Part shown: positions 11,201 to 24,112 of the stretch, one piece after another
Position numbering within the stretch: position 1 is the stretch's first letter
Layout of the letters: each line of letters opens with the position of its first letter
Assembly: GCA_009103225.1 (NCBI GenBank)
Contig: RHPI01003009.1
Coordinates: forward strand, 461,465 to 525,464
Direction of reading: 5' to 3'
Length of the DNA stretch: 64,000 nucleotides
Source of the DNA: Chlorokybus atmophyticus
Lineage: Eukaryota; Plantae; Mesostigma and Chlorokybus algae
Program-made: the position numbers and the translations under genes
Notes under the pieces: model-generated
Told to the model about the DNA's origin: nothing
Seen by the model: only the letters and a program-made list of their open reading frames with translations
Database searches by the model: none

Positions 11201-12485
11201 TGCGATGGGCTGGAGGTGCTGTTTGTGTTGGAAGAGAAGGGCGATAAAGGTCACAACATCTATATCATCGGGCGATTTATGAGCAGCAAGCCTGAACGTC
11301 AACCAAAACGCAGGGTAAGTATTAAGCACCATGCGTTTCTGATATAAGTTCATGTTCGGGTGCAGACTTTCGGCTATCTCTGACACTTGTTGTTGTCATG
11401 TGGAGGAGCAGCTTAGACACCACCAACTCAATCATATGAATTTAAGCCTTTTGCTTTCTCAGATCATGGACATGCTGGCGCCATTGCTATCTCAAGCCAA
11501 CGAGCTCCTGCGGCTTTATAGTGGGTCGAAGTGCATTCGTGAAGCGATATGTCCGAGAAGCGATTCTCACAGAGAGGGTGAAGACTGTACTTTCTCCATA
11601 CCTGTAGACGATCTGCAGGGGAGAATGGACCAGCTTGTGAAGTGCGATCGCCATGGGGACTCTGATGACGGCCTTGTGAAGCTGTACGATCTCGTGCCCG
11701 GTCAACAGGCGATGTGGCGACGTCTAAAGCGAAGCGTATCAGAGCAACTCACAGCAATCGAGGTGAAGGTTGAGAACATTGATAACACTGGAAAGCGCTT
11801 GGTTAAAAAGGTCGACTGCATTGTTCCAGACATGACGTATCTGCTGACACGTAAGGATTTGGGCCCCTGCCTGTTTCAAGTGGACTCTAAGGTTGCGCAA
11901 ACTACGTATGGTACTACCACAACTCTTCACGTCCTTTGCGAGAGCTGTAAAGAGCCAGCCCACTCCTACCCGCTAGTCGACTTGGGCAAATGGGCACGGG
12001 TGCTTCTAGCAAGCACGGAGTTTGTGAAACTTGCAGCCACATATGCGACTGCAATCCCAGTACCGGCGTTTCAGGCCGCTGGTGTGGTGGCTGGAGTTGC
12101 GTATGCGACTGTGCAGAAGTTGACCGGCACCCCGCAGGCGTCGCTAGACAGGGCACAGCAGGTCAGGTCTCTGCTAACTCAGCAGCAGCAGTTGCATGAT
12201 GCCAGCACTCAGGCTTTGCAGCAAGGTGGTGTATCTTCCGATGACGTTCTTCGCGAGGCTGCACGCCTGCTGGAGGATCGGGATAGAACAGCCAAGAAGA
12301 AATGGAAGCATTCCCTGAGCCTTCAATGGGTGAAACCTTTTGGACACCATGTTGGTGGTGAATTATTCTGTTACATATGTAAACTTCTCACATGCTCGCT
12401 ACACATGCAGGTACAGAATGGCGACGAGGCCTACGCACTCTATGTAGGAGAGTGTTGCAGAAAGCTTTTCAGGTCAAGCAAATAA
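8209..12485 (+). CDS. LRR-Roc-COR (Roco family) GTPase with a TORNADO1-like C-terminal region; 5' end unresolved
   Basis: About 12 SDS22/RI-type LRRs (LxxLxLxxNxLxxLP) in 8580-9420. P-loop GHAAAGKT; intron 9619-9757 in phase 0; G2 RTVGVDV; G3 WDFAGQ followed by YYVMHQLFL; G4 GAKTD; then a COR-like region. An intron starts near 11315 (GTAAGT) and ends near 11462, followed by a C-terminal LHVLCE...H motif. Stop at 12485. Confidence 0.9.
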
Positions 12486-12504
12486 CACGTGTGATGGCAC
12501 ACTC

Positions 12505-12509
12505 TGTAA
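12505..12509 (+). promoter_or_regulatory. Candidate chlorophyte polyadenylation signal TGTAA for the Roco gene
   Basis: TGTAA lies 20 nt after the stop codon, and UGUAA is the established chlorophyte poly(A) signal. A 5-mer can occur by chance. Confidence 0.35.
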
Positions 12510-14155
12510 CCGAGGTCACAGGAGACTCCCATGCACGAGTATCAATACACCAATAAGTGTCTCCTCCACTCCACTTGTACCCTTCCTGGCGAGCAACACC
12601 ACCTTCATCCATTCAAACCACAGAGAGGTTACAGATTCCAGCCACGGTGTAGCGCGCTCATAACTACCTTGTTTAGCCACATCAGGTCTGCAAGATGGCT
12701 GCAACAATGACGAACGTACCGTGGGGTATGCATGTGGTTAATCGCCCCCTCCCCATACACCGTCCCTGGCTACCTGCGAGTCTGCATGGCATTGTGTAGT
12801 ACATGCATCCTCACACAGCGCCACACGTGCAAGCACAGTTGATGCATGCACGCCGTAGTCCCAGCACAAGAGCAATGCCACCACCCCACCCCACCCGCAG
12901 CCAGGGGCCCAAGGCAACTAGCTACGTGCTGGCGGCGGCGATACAGCAGGCCCCAAGACAGACGACGAAGATGACCAGCAGCAGTGGCAGGACCGTGCAG
13001 CCGTACCTGCAGGCAGGCTGTGCGTCAGCGCCCCGCATTGGCACTAGAAAGCACGCCGGGATAACAGACCGGAGCAGACTGCGTCGCAAAGCAGTCAGCT
13101 TACCACCGGCAGTGAGCTTGCAGTACACTAGGCCTGCAGTGCGGGTGTGGGACTCATAGCAGCAGTATTGCTGTAGGGCAGGTGGTTGAGGAGAACACTG
13201 TTGCAGTAGTAGTCATCCTGGCCTGCACTCCCTCACCACCTTGGTTTCATCGCAAAGGCAGCCTACTGCGTGCCACAGTCAAGTGTGCTTGACACGTCTT
13301 GTCTCCTCTCGCATTGGCACCTGTGGCCAGCAGCAGCAGCAAACTCAATTAGTGCTGCTGGGCGCTCAATCACACTCTGCCGCAAATGCTTTGCGCTGTG
13401 GGAAAGACGGCAAGGCGTTACAACAGCGTGCGTACTGGCCAAAACAATGAATGCGTGTGCATGTGTGCGTATCATCATGCGTTACTGCCAACCAGGCCAG
13501 CAGAGTGCTGCTGTGTGGTGCTTTTCAAGGCAGGTTGTTCTATGCAGTTGGTGCTGTATTGCAGTTTCTGTAGGCTCAGTACGCATGCGTTGTCCAGCGC
13601 CATGGCGTTTGTCTTGCTTGTATGGTCGCCTCATGCGCACAGCTCGGTCAATGGCACAGAAATGTGTCTGGTCATACACAGAGTGCGTGCAGCAGTTTAG
13701 CAACACACCTGCGCTCTGCAACAGTGCAATACAAACTCAACAGGCACAGTGTTGGATTTGGATTTTGCTGCAGCTGTTGCCAACAGAAGTTTTGTCTCTG
13801 CAGAAGTGAGCACAGCGCGCGAGTCCTGTCACCATGGCGACCGCACAAAGCAACCGGACAGGTCAATGGCATGCATACAACAACTCTTGAACACAGAACG
13901 TGCTCGACATGTGTTGAGGGAAGTCGTGTTGTTTGAGTTTGCTTCAAGTGCTGTTTATGACCAACAGAACATGCACTGTATGCGCGACAGTGTGCTGCAG
14001 TGCAAGGCATGCCATGCAAGGCAAGGCAAAGCAAACTTACTCACTTTGAGCACGAACGCAGTCGAACTATGCTGAGCTACTAAGGGTTGGGGTGCGTGTG
14101 CGCGCGTATGCCTGCTTGCGTGTGTACTATGCAGAGACAGAGTTGAAACTGGGTA

Positions 14156-15555
14156 ATGGTGTTGAAGCAACGACAACGACAATCTTTTGAGACCTTGTCC
14201 GTGTTTTCCACAGCGAAGCTTGAGCAAAAGTCGGGTCCGCTGCCAATAAACTTGCGCGTGGTGTATCCGACTGATCTGGACGCTCCCGCTCCCGCGATGT
14301 GGTTCATGCGCAAGCCCTGCGTGCCCAACCGCCCGGTTGTCATATTCGCGGCGGGCGCATTCTGACTTGCACGCCGCTTGGCCGAGAGCATCGGCGTGGT
14401 TGTGCTGCCTTCTTCTTGCTCTCAGGTGAGTGCTCATTCAACACTTGCAGATGTGTACATGCAGATGTGTGCGCAGACGTTATGCATGCTTGTGCGGGTG
14501 TATGCGCGCACCACATGCGTGCTAGAAGCCCATGTCACCATCTGTTGCTTGCAATATGCTAAAGCCCGCACATGCACCGTGGCAGCCAGCGATGGGTGCT
14601 CATTGTCCCCACGGCATCCCGAGCGCGTACACGTCAGGCGGTCGCACATTGACATATGAAGATTACAGGGCGGGCCCTTCCACGCCTGCGCTGCACTGCA
14701 TTATTGATGCTTTGAGGCGCCTGAATGAGCAGCAAGGTGGCGCGCATGTTGGTTGAGCATTGTGAACGCATGTGCCACAGATGTGGCTCACTATGTGTAT
14801 TGACACGAAAGCATGGCAGGTCCTTTGCAGGGCGGGCTTGATATGGAGAGGCTGGCATTGGGTGGGCACTCTGCTGGTGGCGTGACCGCTATTGAGCACG
14901 CCAACAGCGACTTGTTTCCCCAGATAAAGGTAAGCTTAAATATGAGCGGGCCTCATGCCTGCTTACGAAAGGCATGTGTGCTTATCGTGCTGCTTATGTG
15001 TTCACTCATGTGGTTGCATTGTGAGTAAGGCAGCCTTCACGTACGGTGCCAGTTTTGTGACCAGCGCAATGACGGGCCCCACTTCATATTCTGACATGTG
15101 GAGCGTGCGACGGTTTTACCGCGACGGCGGCTACGAGTCCCATTCTACTCATGGGTGGCACGAATGACGGAATCCGCAAGTTCAATACGAGCCGGGGCAC
15201 CGAGGGCACCACAGCTGTAGAGCGCAGTTTCAATGAAGGTGTGTCCCAACATGCATGCTTGCGTGCGCGCGCACATGCACACATTACACGGGCATATGTG
15301 CATATGCCCACATGTGTGCGCACGCTTGCACATTCACCTATCCTCGCGCGCATGCACCCTGGTGTGTGTGTCGCTTGTCTCAGCGTGACCATTGGGCAGG
15401 CGTACCCGCCGAGCCATCAGCCGCAGCGTATGTGGCGATATTATCAGGCGCCAACCACATGATTCTCGCGCACCCAACCGACGACCATGTCCTCGCTGCG
15501 AGTATCGATGAACAATGCGATGGTGATCAGCAAGAGATGAGGAACACCATTGCAG
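14156..15555 (+). pseudogene. Alpha/beta hydrolase (chlorophyllase/dienelactone-hydrolase-like), apparently disrupted
   Basis: Exons give RVVYP...PVVIFAAG, the nucleophile elbow LDMERLALGGHSAGG, the acid motif PILLMGGTNDG and the His motif ILSGANHM. There is an in-frame TGA at 14363-14365 and a frame change near 15140 between AAFTYGAS... and PILLMGG. The last exon is unresolved. Confidence 0.7.
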
Positions 15556-18500
15556 GTACATGGCCTCGCACTATATTGTCATTGTCAACATAATGAATGC
15601 ATTGAGTTTGTGCGTTCACGTATGTGTGTGCACCATACTTGTGGTGTGTTTTGTTGATTTTGTTGATCAGTGCCCCGTATGTGAAAACGGCTTTGTTGTC
15701 CGTGCAGGACTCACAGCTTTCGAGAAGTGCATCTGTTGCAAGAGGTTGACAGCGGTGCTGAATGCAAACTTCGCAAAATGCTCGACATTCTAGTTCGTGG
15801 AAGTTTTCTGTGGCCAGATGGAGAGCACCAAGGTGTAGTGAGTAGTTTTTGGGGATGGGTGTTTTTTTGGATTCTTGTTTGTGTATAGATTGACATGCGC
15901 ATATTGGTTGTATGCGCGCAGTGTAGAATGTATCTGTGGTAGCAGACAGCAGCGATAGCTTGGTAAAGTTAGAGGTATGTCTTATGTAGGATGTATACGT
16001 GACCAAAGTGTGAACCGTAGTGAGATTATCCAATATGTACATGAGGTCATTGAATGTTTGAGCGGCAATGCTAAATAGGAAAAGTAATGGGTAGGTATGT
16101 GCGCAATGGCGGTAAGATAACTTAATCAACTTTGTGTTGTGCGTTACCAAAAAGTGCGTGTAATGTCAGTGCATGCATACTATCTGTAAAAACCTACTCT
16201 CGAAACAACAATGCACATGAGATGTTGTGTGTTACCATCCGATTATGCATGCACTTTTATCTACCACCACTGCCATATTTTTCAATCTAAGTAATAGGGA
16301 TGGTCATGTGGGCATAGGTGCATGCGCATGTATATAATACATATGCATATTTATCGAGGTAGTTTTTTTTGGATGTAAAGTATTGACAGTGACAACAGTG
16401 AGTGTAGACATATATACGTGTTGAGGTGATCCTATGTGACGTACATGGGCTTGTATACGGACGGGGGGTTTCATCAGTATTTACGTAAGTCTCCCACCCT
16501 CATTCACCAATAAGACTTGTTATAGGAGGNNNNNNNNNNNNNNNNNNNNNNNNNNNNNNNNNNNNNNNNNNNNNNNNNNNNNNNNNNNNNNNNNNNNNNN
16601 NNNNNNNNNNNNNNNNNNNNNNNNNNNNNNNNNNNNNNNNNNNNNNNNNNNNNNNNNNNNNNNNNNNNNNNNNNNNNNNNNNNNNNNNNNNNNNNNNNNN
16701 NNNNNNNNNNNNNNNNNNNNNNNNNNNNNNNNNNNNNNNNNNNNNNNNNNNNNNNNNNNNNNNNNNNNNNNNNNNNNNNNNNNNNNNNNNNNNNNNNNNN
16801 NNNNNNNNNNNNNNNNNNNNNNNNNNNNNNNNNNNNNNNNNNNNNNNNNNNNNNNNNNNNNNNNNNNNNNNNNNNNNNNNNNNNNNNNNNNNNNNNNNNN
16901 NNNNNNNNNNNNNNNNNNNNNNNNNNNNNNNNNNNNNNNNNNNNNNNNNNNNNNNNNNNNNNNNNNNNNNNNNNNNNNNNNNNNNNNNNNNNNNNNNNNN
17001 NNNNNNNNNNNNNNNNNNNNNNNNNNNNNNNNNNNNNNNNNNNNNNNNNNNNNNNNNNNNNNNNNNNNNNNNNNNNNNNNNNNNNNNNNNNNNNNGGGGG
17101 GGGGGGGGGGCAGGGACATTCGACCAAATATGATAATCACCATCAATAACATGCGGCAACCCATTTAATATAAATCAGCTCAGTAAGGATCAATCGTCAT
17201 GTTCACCATATTTTGTACTGTGCTATTAAACATTTTTTACTATTAGTGGAGAACCGCTTTCCTGATTTTATAAATAAGCACTATAAATGTAATATGCAAA
17301 GAAACCATTGCAAGTTGGCATGCATGCTCGATATGTATATTAAGATATATATATCGGGTAGGCATTAAACATGTTATGAACCATTCGTAATAAAATATGC
17401 CTTATGCTGCACAAGTGCAACTTGCACATTCACAGCTTGCGGCAAGGTTGATTATGTCATGTCCAATCTTGAAGCTTTGTAGCGATTGAAATGTATTAAT
17501 GTATGCAAAATTTGCAATTGTATATACCGTATAAGAGGTAAAAGTCCACACCAACAAACATATTCGTACGAATATGCATGATTTAAATTGATAAACTCCA
17601 TTGTAAGTTGCGAGCAACTTCAATGCATAGCAAAGTGGTGGAAGTTGTATGATGTTCTAGTCACACCACACAACTTGAGGCCACACACTCAATCTGCAAT
17701 CGTCGGCATTGGGAACATCATTGGGATACCAGGGTGGGTAGGCATGGCATCAACATCACACACATCCACCTGATGTCAGGGAAAGCGTGTAATTGACTAC
17801 CTGCGCCAAGCTGAGCTGCGCGCGCGTTCAATACCGGCGTTGGATGCCGATGCCAGTTCCGCTGGCATGCTACTTTGCCTTGCTTTGCCAGTAACAGTAC
17901 CGTGTTGCTGTGTGCCAGCACAGGCGCACCGCCGCTACAGGCAGCAAAAACGGGCAGGTGGCAAGAAGGCGGTGGCAAGAAGCTGAGCTGAGATTCAGAG
18001 CTCCTTCAAAGCAGCATGCTTGCGCAGCGATTGACTGCGCTCAGCACGCTTCCACTTCCATCATCACCACTATCAGTATCGCCTGTTGTTAGACGTTATA
18101 GAGCTCGCACCGACAGCAAAGCCTCATCGGTAGTGCAAAAACACACGCTGCCAGCTTCTTCTTCTTGTTTAACACAACTGCGCTCGAGCTTGAAAGGCTG
18201 CCGCCTGCCCAGCCGCACAGCATCAACAACTCATAGTCAGCACTCCCAGGTACAGCCTGCATGCGTCAGTCTCCTGTGCTGTTGTTCTTGCAATTGAACA
18301 AAGCAGGTGTCATGTCGTCTACCACGTACACACATGACGTATATGTTGTGTGCAGGTTAAGTTCCACGCACAACTACGCGCTGGTCATGTGAGGGTGATG
18401 GCATCCGCCTCCGCTCAAACAGACTCTGGGCAAGGTCAGCATGTAGCAGCAGTCCTCTTTTGAACTGCACACTGCTTACACAGCATGCATGCTGATTTGT

Positions 18501-18670
18501 TTTCTCTCGTGACTGTCTTGTCATGCGCTTACATTTGGCTGCACACACACTCTCTTGCTGATGCCTCCAAACACACGCCCGCGAGATTCATGCGCACACA
18601 CATTCATCCTTGCTGTTGATCGCACAACTACCTAAAGCGCCTCCCCATCTGTCATCACACAGCCTCAAGC

Positions 18671-21600
18671 ATGGACTCCAAGCCTCCCCTGCGTGTTGTG
18701 ATCGCGGGCGCGGGTCCGGCCGGCCTGCTGCTGGCGCAACTGTTGCTTCAGCGCAACACGAGCGGGCGAGAGCGGTTCGAGGTCACGCTGTGCGAGGCGC
18801 GCGGGGACCCGAGAGACTTGCCGCCAGAGGTGCATGAGATAACCTTTGGTTTCAACTTGAATGTTTAGTCTTGTTGTGTCCAATGTCGTCGGCTTGTTTT
18901 GAAATGCTGTGTTGGTTTGGTGCGATGTCGTACAGATGCGCGTTGGTGTGTTTTGTTTTCATTTCGTAAAGTGTCGTGAGGTTTAGGTTGTTGCTTTCGG
19001 TCTGTTTGCTGCTGCTGGTGTGTTGGTTGGTTGTTTGCATATGGATGTTGTACTCTGTCACGGTTGAGCTGCCAGTCTGTGGTTTGTTGCTGCTTCAGTC
19101 CCTTTTCTGTTGCTTATGTTTTCAGTTGCTTTGTTGACATGTGTGGCGATGCTGTTGTGGCCTTGTTCTTGCCTCTGGATATGACATCAACGTACCGTGA
19201 TGTGAATTGAGTTGCTGTCGAAGACGCACATGTACACACACGCTCGCACACATCCTCATCCATGATCCCTTCGCCATGCAGATGGTGAAGCGCTTTGGGC
19301 TTGGGCTGAGCGCGCGCGCGCAGTCGGCGATGTCGAGCGTGGAGGGCCTGTGGGACGCCATCGTGCGCGACAGCGGCGTGCGTCTCTCGCGTTTCAACAC
19401 GGTGAGCGCATGTGATTGTCATGACTCTCACGCACGCACATGTGATTATTTGTTTTGGTCGTTGTCAGAACAGTGACTATACAGGCTATGCAGGCTTGGC
19501 GTATGGGTTATATAGTACATGCGTGGGTATAGTACATGCGTGGGTATAGTACATGTATGGGTTATATAGTACATGCGTTACAAGTAGTTGTATGTGCCAG
19601 TCTCGCCATCGACTGCAGCATCAGCGCAAGGGTCCTTCCCTTGGCACGCATCTCTTGTAAAGTGTGCGTAACATAACACGTTGCCTATGGATCTGTGCAA
19701 TGCCAGCAGCATCATTTATCATCATTTGCCAGCGCCATTAACAGGCATCGTGTACCATTCACGTTAGATGGTTGGTCAAGATCCTAATTGGCACTACGTG
19801 CCACGGCCCAAACAGTATCATGTCTTGAGTACATGTAACCTCCTCCATAGCAAAGCCTCACACACCACATTGTTGTTGTTGTTGTGCACACAGCTTCAGC
19901 CCGATGGCTCGCTCAAAGGTCCCCCGACAAGATTGACCAACTGTCTGGTGGACCGCGTGGCCCTGTCGAAGACGATGCTGAACGCGTTGTTGCAAAGGCA
20001 CCCGCAGGCTGACATCCGCTTCAACTGGAGGTTGTTGGAAGTCAGTAGTAGCAAGCTCATCACACTCCTAAGCGGTTGTTGTTGTGTGTCGGACACACAA
20101 CAACCACTCACCCCACACATGCACATGCACGCACAAGCAAATTTAACATGCATGCGCGTGTGCACTTGTGCAACCAACTACACACCTATGCGCGCACACG
20201 CGCGCAGTTGCACACCAAACAGACAACAATCAATTCACACGCACATACACACACGTTGTAGCTATGTTGTTCCAGGTTGAAGAGCGTCGATTTCTCCACG
20301 CGCACGGCCCTCTTCTCCACAGCTTCTGGTAATGAGGCGGAGGAGTCCCTGCGTTACGATCTGTTGGTCGGCGCGGACGGCGTGCGGTCGGCCGTGCGCC
20401 AAGCTATGGCGGATGCTGGAGTGGAGTGCCGGGTACGGGACCTGAACGCCAACTGGAAGGTGAGACACACGCACGCACGCACGCACGCGTACACACGTAT
20501 TACACACAGACACGCGGACGCATGAGCACACGTACCCCGCACACGGATGCGCGTGCATGTGCCTGCAAGCACACATACACGCACGCGCGCATGCAGACTT
20601 TTTATGAACACGTGTGTGTTGGGGAGCGCATAACATCCAGGCCAAGGCTCTCACATACCATACACATACAATCAACACTGTTCTTCACTGGTCAGGCTTT
20701 GCACATCCCTCGTAAGCCCGACCCTCCGCTCAACGAGTCTTGCGCAGTCCGCATCCCCTACAAGTGAGCTTTGCTTACTTCTGCAAGCCCTACTGAGCGT
20801 TGCTTGTTGGTTGTTGGTTGGTTGCTTGTTTTCAAGTACCGTGTGACACACTACGCGTACGCGTACGCTTTACGCAGAGAGCCCGCGGTGGAGGTGGTGA
20901 AAGGCTACCCGTCGCAAGCGTCACTCAACCTCATACCTTGCCAGGACGGCACGTACATCCTGCTATGCTTCACCAGGTGCATCCTGTTGATGCGTGTCTC
21001 TGTTTTCCACTTACTCATTGCCAACAGTGTTTATCTTATATACGATACATACATAGCATGTATGCCCCGTACTGGAGAGGTTGTGCGTCACGTGCTACAT
21101 GCGGTGTCATGTGAAAGAATTGTGATGCGTGCGTGCGTGCGTGCGTGCGTGTCTGCGTATCTCTCTACACACACATATGTAACAGTACAGTACTCCAGAG
21201 GATGTGGATGGATGTGTCATTCGTGTATGCTCTGTATGGTCAGTCCCTGGACCGAGCCGCTTGCCCTCTGGCGCAAGTCCCCGTCCGAGCTTCGCGACTG
21301 GTTCAACGCGCGCGTGCCGTTCCTGTCCATGACCGAGCGGGAGGCGGCGGCCGTCCTGGAAAGCAAAGCCTCGCCCACACTGGAGGTACGCGGGCTATAG
21401 GTGTGGTAGTTGAGTTTCAAGTCAGCAAGCGAGTTGTGAGTCCGCTGGATACTTGCCTGGGTACGACAGCTCATGTCATGTACGTAAACACACAGTGACA
21501 CAGGCACACATGTGTGCATGAGCGCGCATGCGTGCGTGATGGTGCGCAGAGGCACATTTGCACACATGTACACGCATACACGCACGCACGCATATGAATG

Positions 21601-22731
21601 TATGACATTTGTGCACACAACTGCACGCACGCATATGGCTGTGTAGAGCAGAGCACATATGCACCCACACGTACGTCGATACAACAATACGTAACGCATC
21701 CAGGTGACGTGCGGCGCGTACCACCACGCGTCCGGTCGCGCCCTCCTGGCCGGCGACGCCGCGCACGCCATGTCGTCGGCCCTCTCGATGGGATGCAACA
21801 CCGCGCTCCTCGACGTCGCCGCAATCGCACGCCTGCTGGACGAGCACGAGGACGACGTCGAGGAGGTGGGGAGGAGGGGGGTGTTGGTGTTGGTGGTCGT
21901 GATGTTGTGTGTGTGTGCCTCTCGCGCTCGCTTACTTCCAAACAAAGCCTTCACTTACTCGTGTCTCGCATGCACAGACTATATGACGTGTATCATCATC
22001 AACATGTCATGTCGTGTGTTGCCCGACGATGACTCACATTCCCAAGTGCTCATCCTCTACCACTCAACCATACTACCCACCACAGCTTTCATTCTCTTTC
22101 TCTCCTTCACAGGTCCTATCCTCCTACTCCCGCGAGCGCGTCCCGGAGGGCCGTGCGGCTGCAGCCATATCGTTGGCGGGTTTCCCCCAGCAGAAGTGGG
22201 TCGGCGCGCTGTTCGTCGCGTACACGCTGATCACCACGGCGTTGTACAAGGTGGCGCCGAGCGTGGCGCCGCAACCCATATTCGATATGCTGTTCCAGGT
22301 GAGAGTGTGGTGGTTTACTTGTGTTTTGTTCTTGTGCATGTGTCAACACGTAGTACGTTGGTGGAAGGGAGTTGAGAGATTGGATGCATCTTGGCATGCA
22401 TGAATGGACGCTCGCAACGTCATCAATACATGCATGGGGAGTCATCAGGTTATTGTCGTCAACAGACTGAGTGGTTGAACGAGTGCGTGATTAACTTGTT
22501 GGAATATGAACCGACTGTTGCATGCGTACATGTCTCTCATGACTTGTGTTGTGTTGCGTGCAGACGGACAAGCCCTTTGCGCAAGTGCTGTCGTCCCACC
22601 GCCTTTGGTTCGCCCTCATCATGCGCGCGAACGGCGGGTACATCCGCCGTGCCGAGGAAGCGTGGAAGGCGACGATGGCGACAGCCGAGTCGCGCGAAGC
22701 GCGTGATGCCAAAGAGGCAAAGTCAGCATAA
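18671..22731 (+). CDS. FAD-dependent monooxygenase (class A flavoprotein, kynurenine-3-monooxygenase-like), about 10 exons
   Basis: Exon 1 (18671-18829) has VVIAGAGPAG (Rossmann GxGxxG). Exon 19282-19401 reads FGLGLSARAQSAM. DG motif DLLVGADGVRSAVR near 20360; GD motif LAGDAAHAM near 21750. The last exon (22564-22731) ends in TAA. GT-AG junctions keep the frame wherever I checked. Confidence 0.88.
19501..19578 (+). repeat. Intronic minisatellite, ~17-20-bp unit (GGGT[TA]TATAGTACATG[CG]T), about 4 copies
   Basis: ATAGTACATG is repeated four times in 19512-19575. Confidence 0.85.
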
Positions 22732-22859
22732 GCTCATACTGTTTGTTGGGTACTGTCGTGATTCGTTGATAGGTATACATGTGCATTGGCGCACTTCATA
22801 AGGGGATAAGATGCATGAATACCATGGTACTTGTATGTAAAAAGTTGTAGTAAACACAA

Positions 22860-24080
22860 TCAGATGTTTTTCCTTAGTATTGATGTCGTGGCTGTTGTCT
22901 TTGGGCCGTTTGGAGGCACGAAGCGCGGCACAGCTCCCAGTCTTTGCCTCTCGCGCTGCGTGCACACAAAGCACCGATTGTGTCTGTCTGTGTTTGTGAT
23001 GAGTAATGAATGCGCTTTCATGGGTAAGTTTCAGTTGATAACCATGCCACGCAAGCAGAATATGGTGCAACTGCAAGTTCGCTCACGTCTCGGGCCTCTT
23101 TCTCCTCCTTCAGACGCAAGGCCAAGGGGTCCGGCACGTACTCGGGGAAGCGCGCGAACGCTCCCTGCGCACCCTGCGCGTGTACATGTGTGAATGCTCG
23201 TCAAGTGGGACACGCACGGCAACAGCATGCATCACACAGCATGCAGTCGGTGTGTGGCTTGCACGCTTAAGAGCGCGCATATCCACGCGCACAAATGCGC
23301 AAAGATGTCTCACCGATCGTGGTGGATGGCTTGGCCTGAACGGCGTCAAGCCCTTCTCTGTCTGCGGCCGAGGGTTGGGACCCATCTCTGCATCAGATTG
23401 CCCCATGAGTCAAGATGTAGTGAAAGCCAACCTCTCCAAGTTGATTGTTCTAGAATTCTCAGCTGCACCGGAGACACACGCGCACACATGCGGTCTCTCA
23501 CCAATGTAGTCTGGGTCTTTGTGAGGCGCGGGCATCCCCGGCGGCCTGAAAGCCTTTTCGGACACGCGCTTCTTGATGGACAGCAGACTGTCGTCCTGCA
23601 ACGAACAAACACAACAACTGCATGAGATACTGATGCAACAACGCGTGCTTGTATCTGTGTTTGTGCCTGGGTTCGTGTGCATGTGCGTGTAACTGCCAGC
23701 GCGTGTGCGTGTGTGTGCGCACTCGCACTGGATGCAATAACGAGCGACACACTTTCGGCTCGTCAGCTCATCACTCACTCATTAGCGCACTCTTGCACTC
23801 ACCCTCATCTTCTTGCGATAGGCGTCATAGTCGTCCGCGGCATACAGATACTCCCCAGCAACCTTCACACAACATCACAAGTCTAGGATTGATGATCAAG
23901 ACTGAGATGTGACAATGTGGGGCAGATTGTCATTGCCAGATGACCATCCAGCGAACAAGACTCGTTGACCTCTGCATACGTGCGCGCACACTTGCACGCA
24001 CTCGCGCTTACGCTCACGCTCACGCTCACGCACACAGACACATGCTATAGTGATACACAGCAACAACGCCATCATCATCT

Positions 24081-24112
<32 letters not shown>

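Noticed and set aside
397-14365. TGA read as Trp or Sec (alternative genetic code), suggested by in-frame TGAs in the monooxygenase copy and the hydrolase
   Set aside because: Both loci also carry frameshifts. Intact genes use TGG for conserved Trp, and TGA is the normal stop in FAP96, the TLC gene and the MARVEL gene.
16500-17164. Long ORFs with poly-X, also at 28.3-28.9, 32.8-33.6, 52.4-52.8 and 56.4-56.7 kb
   Set aside because: They are artefacts of translating through N gaps. The flanking G/C homopolymers are probably the cause of the gaps.
6471-19578. Short tandem repeats (51-bp at 6471, ~17-bp at 19501) as CRISPR-like arrays
   Set aside because: Only 2-4 copies, no unique spacers, no cas genes and a eukaryotic context.
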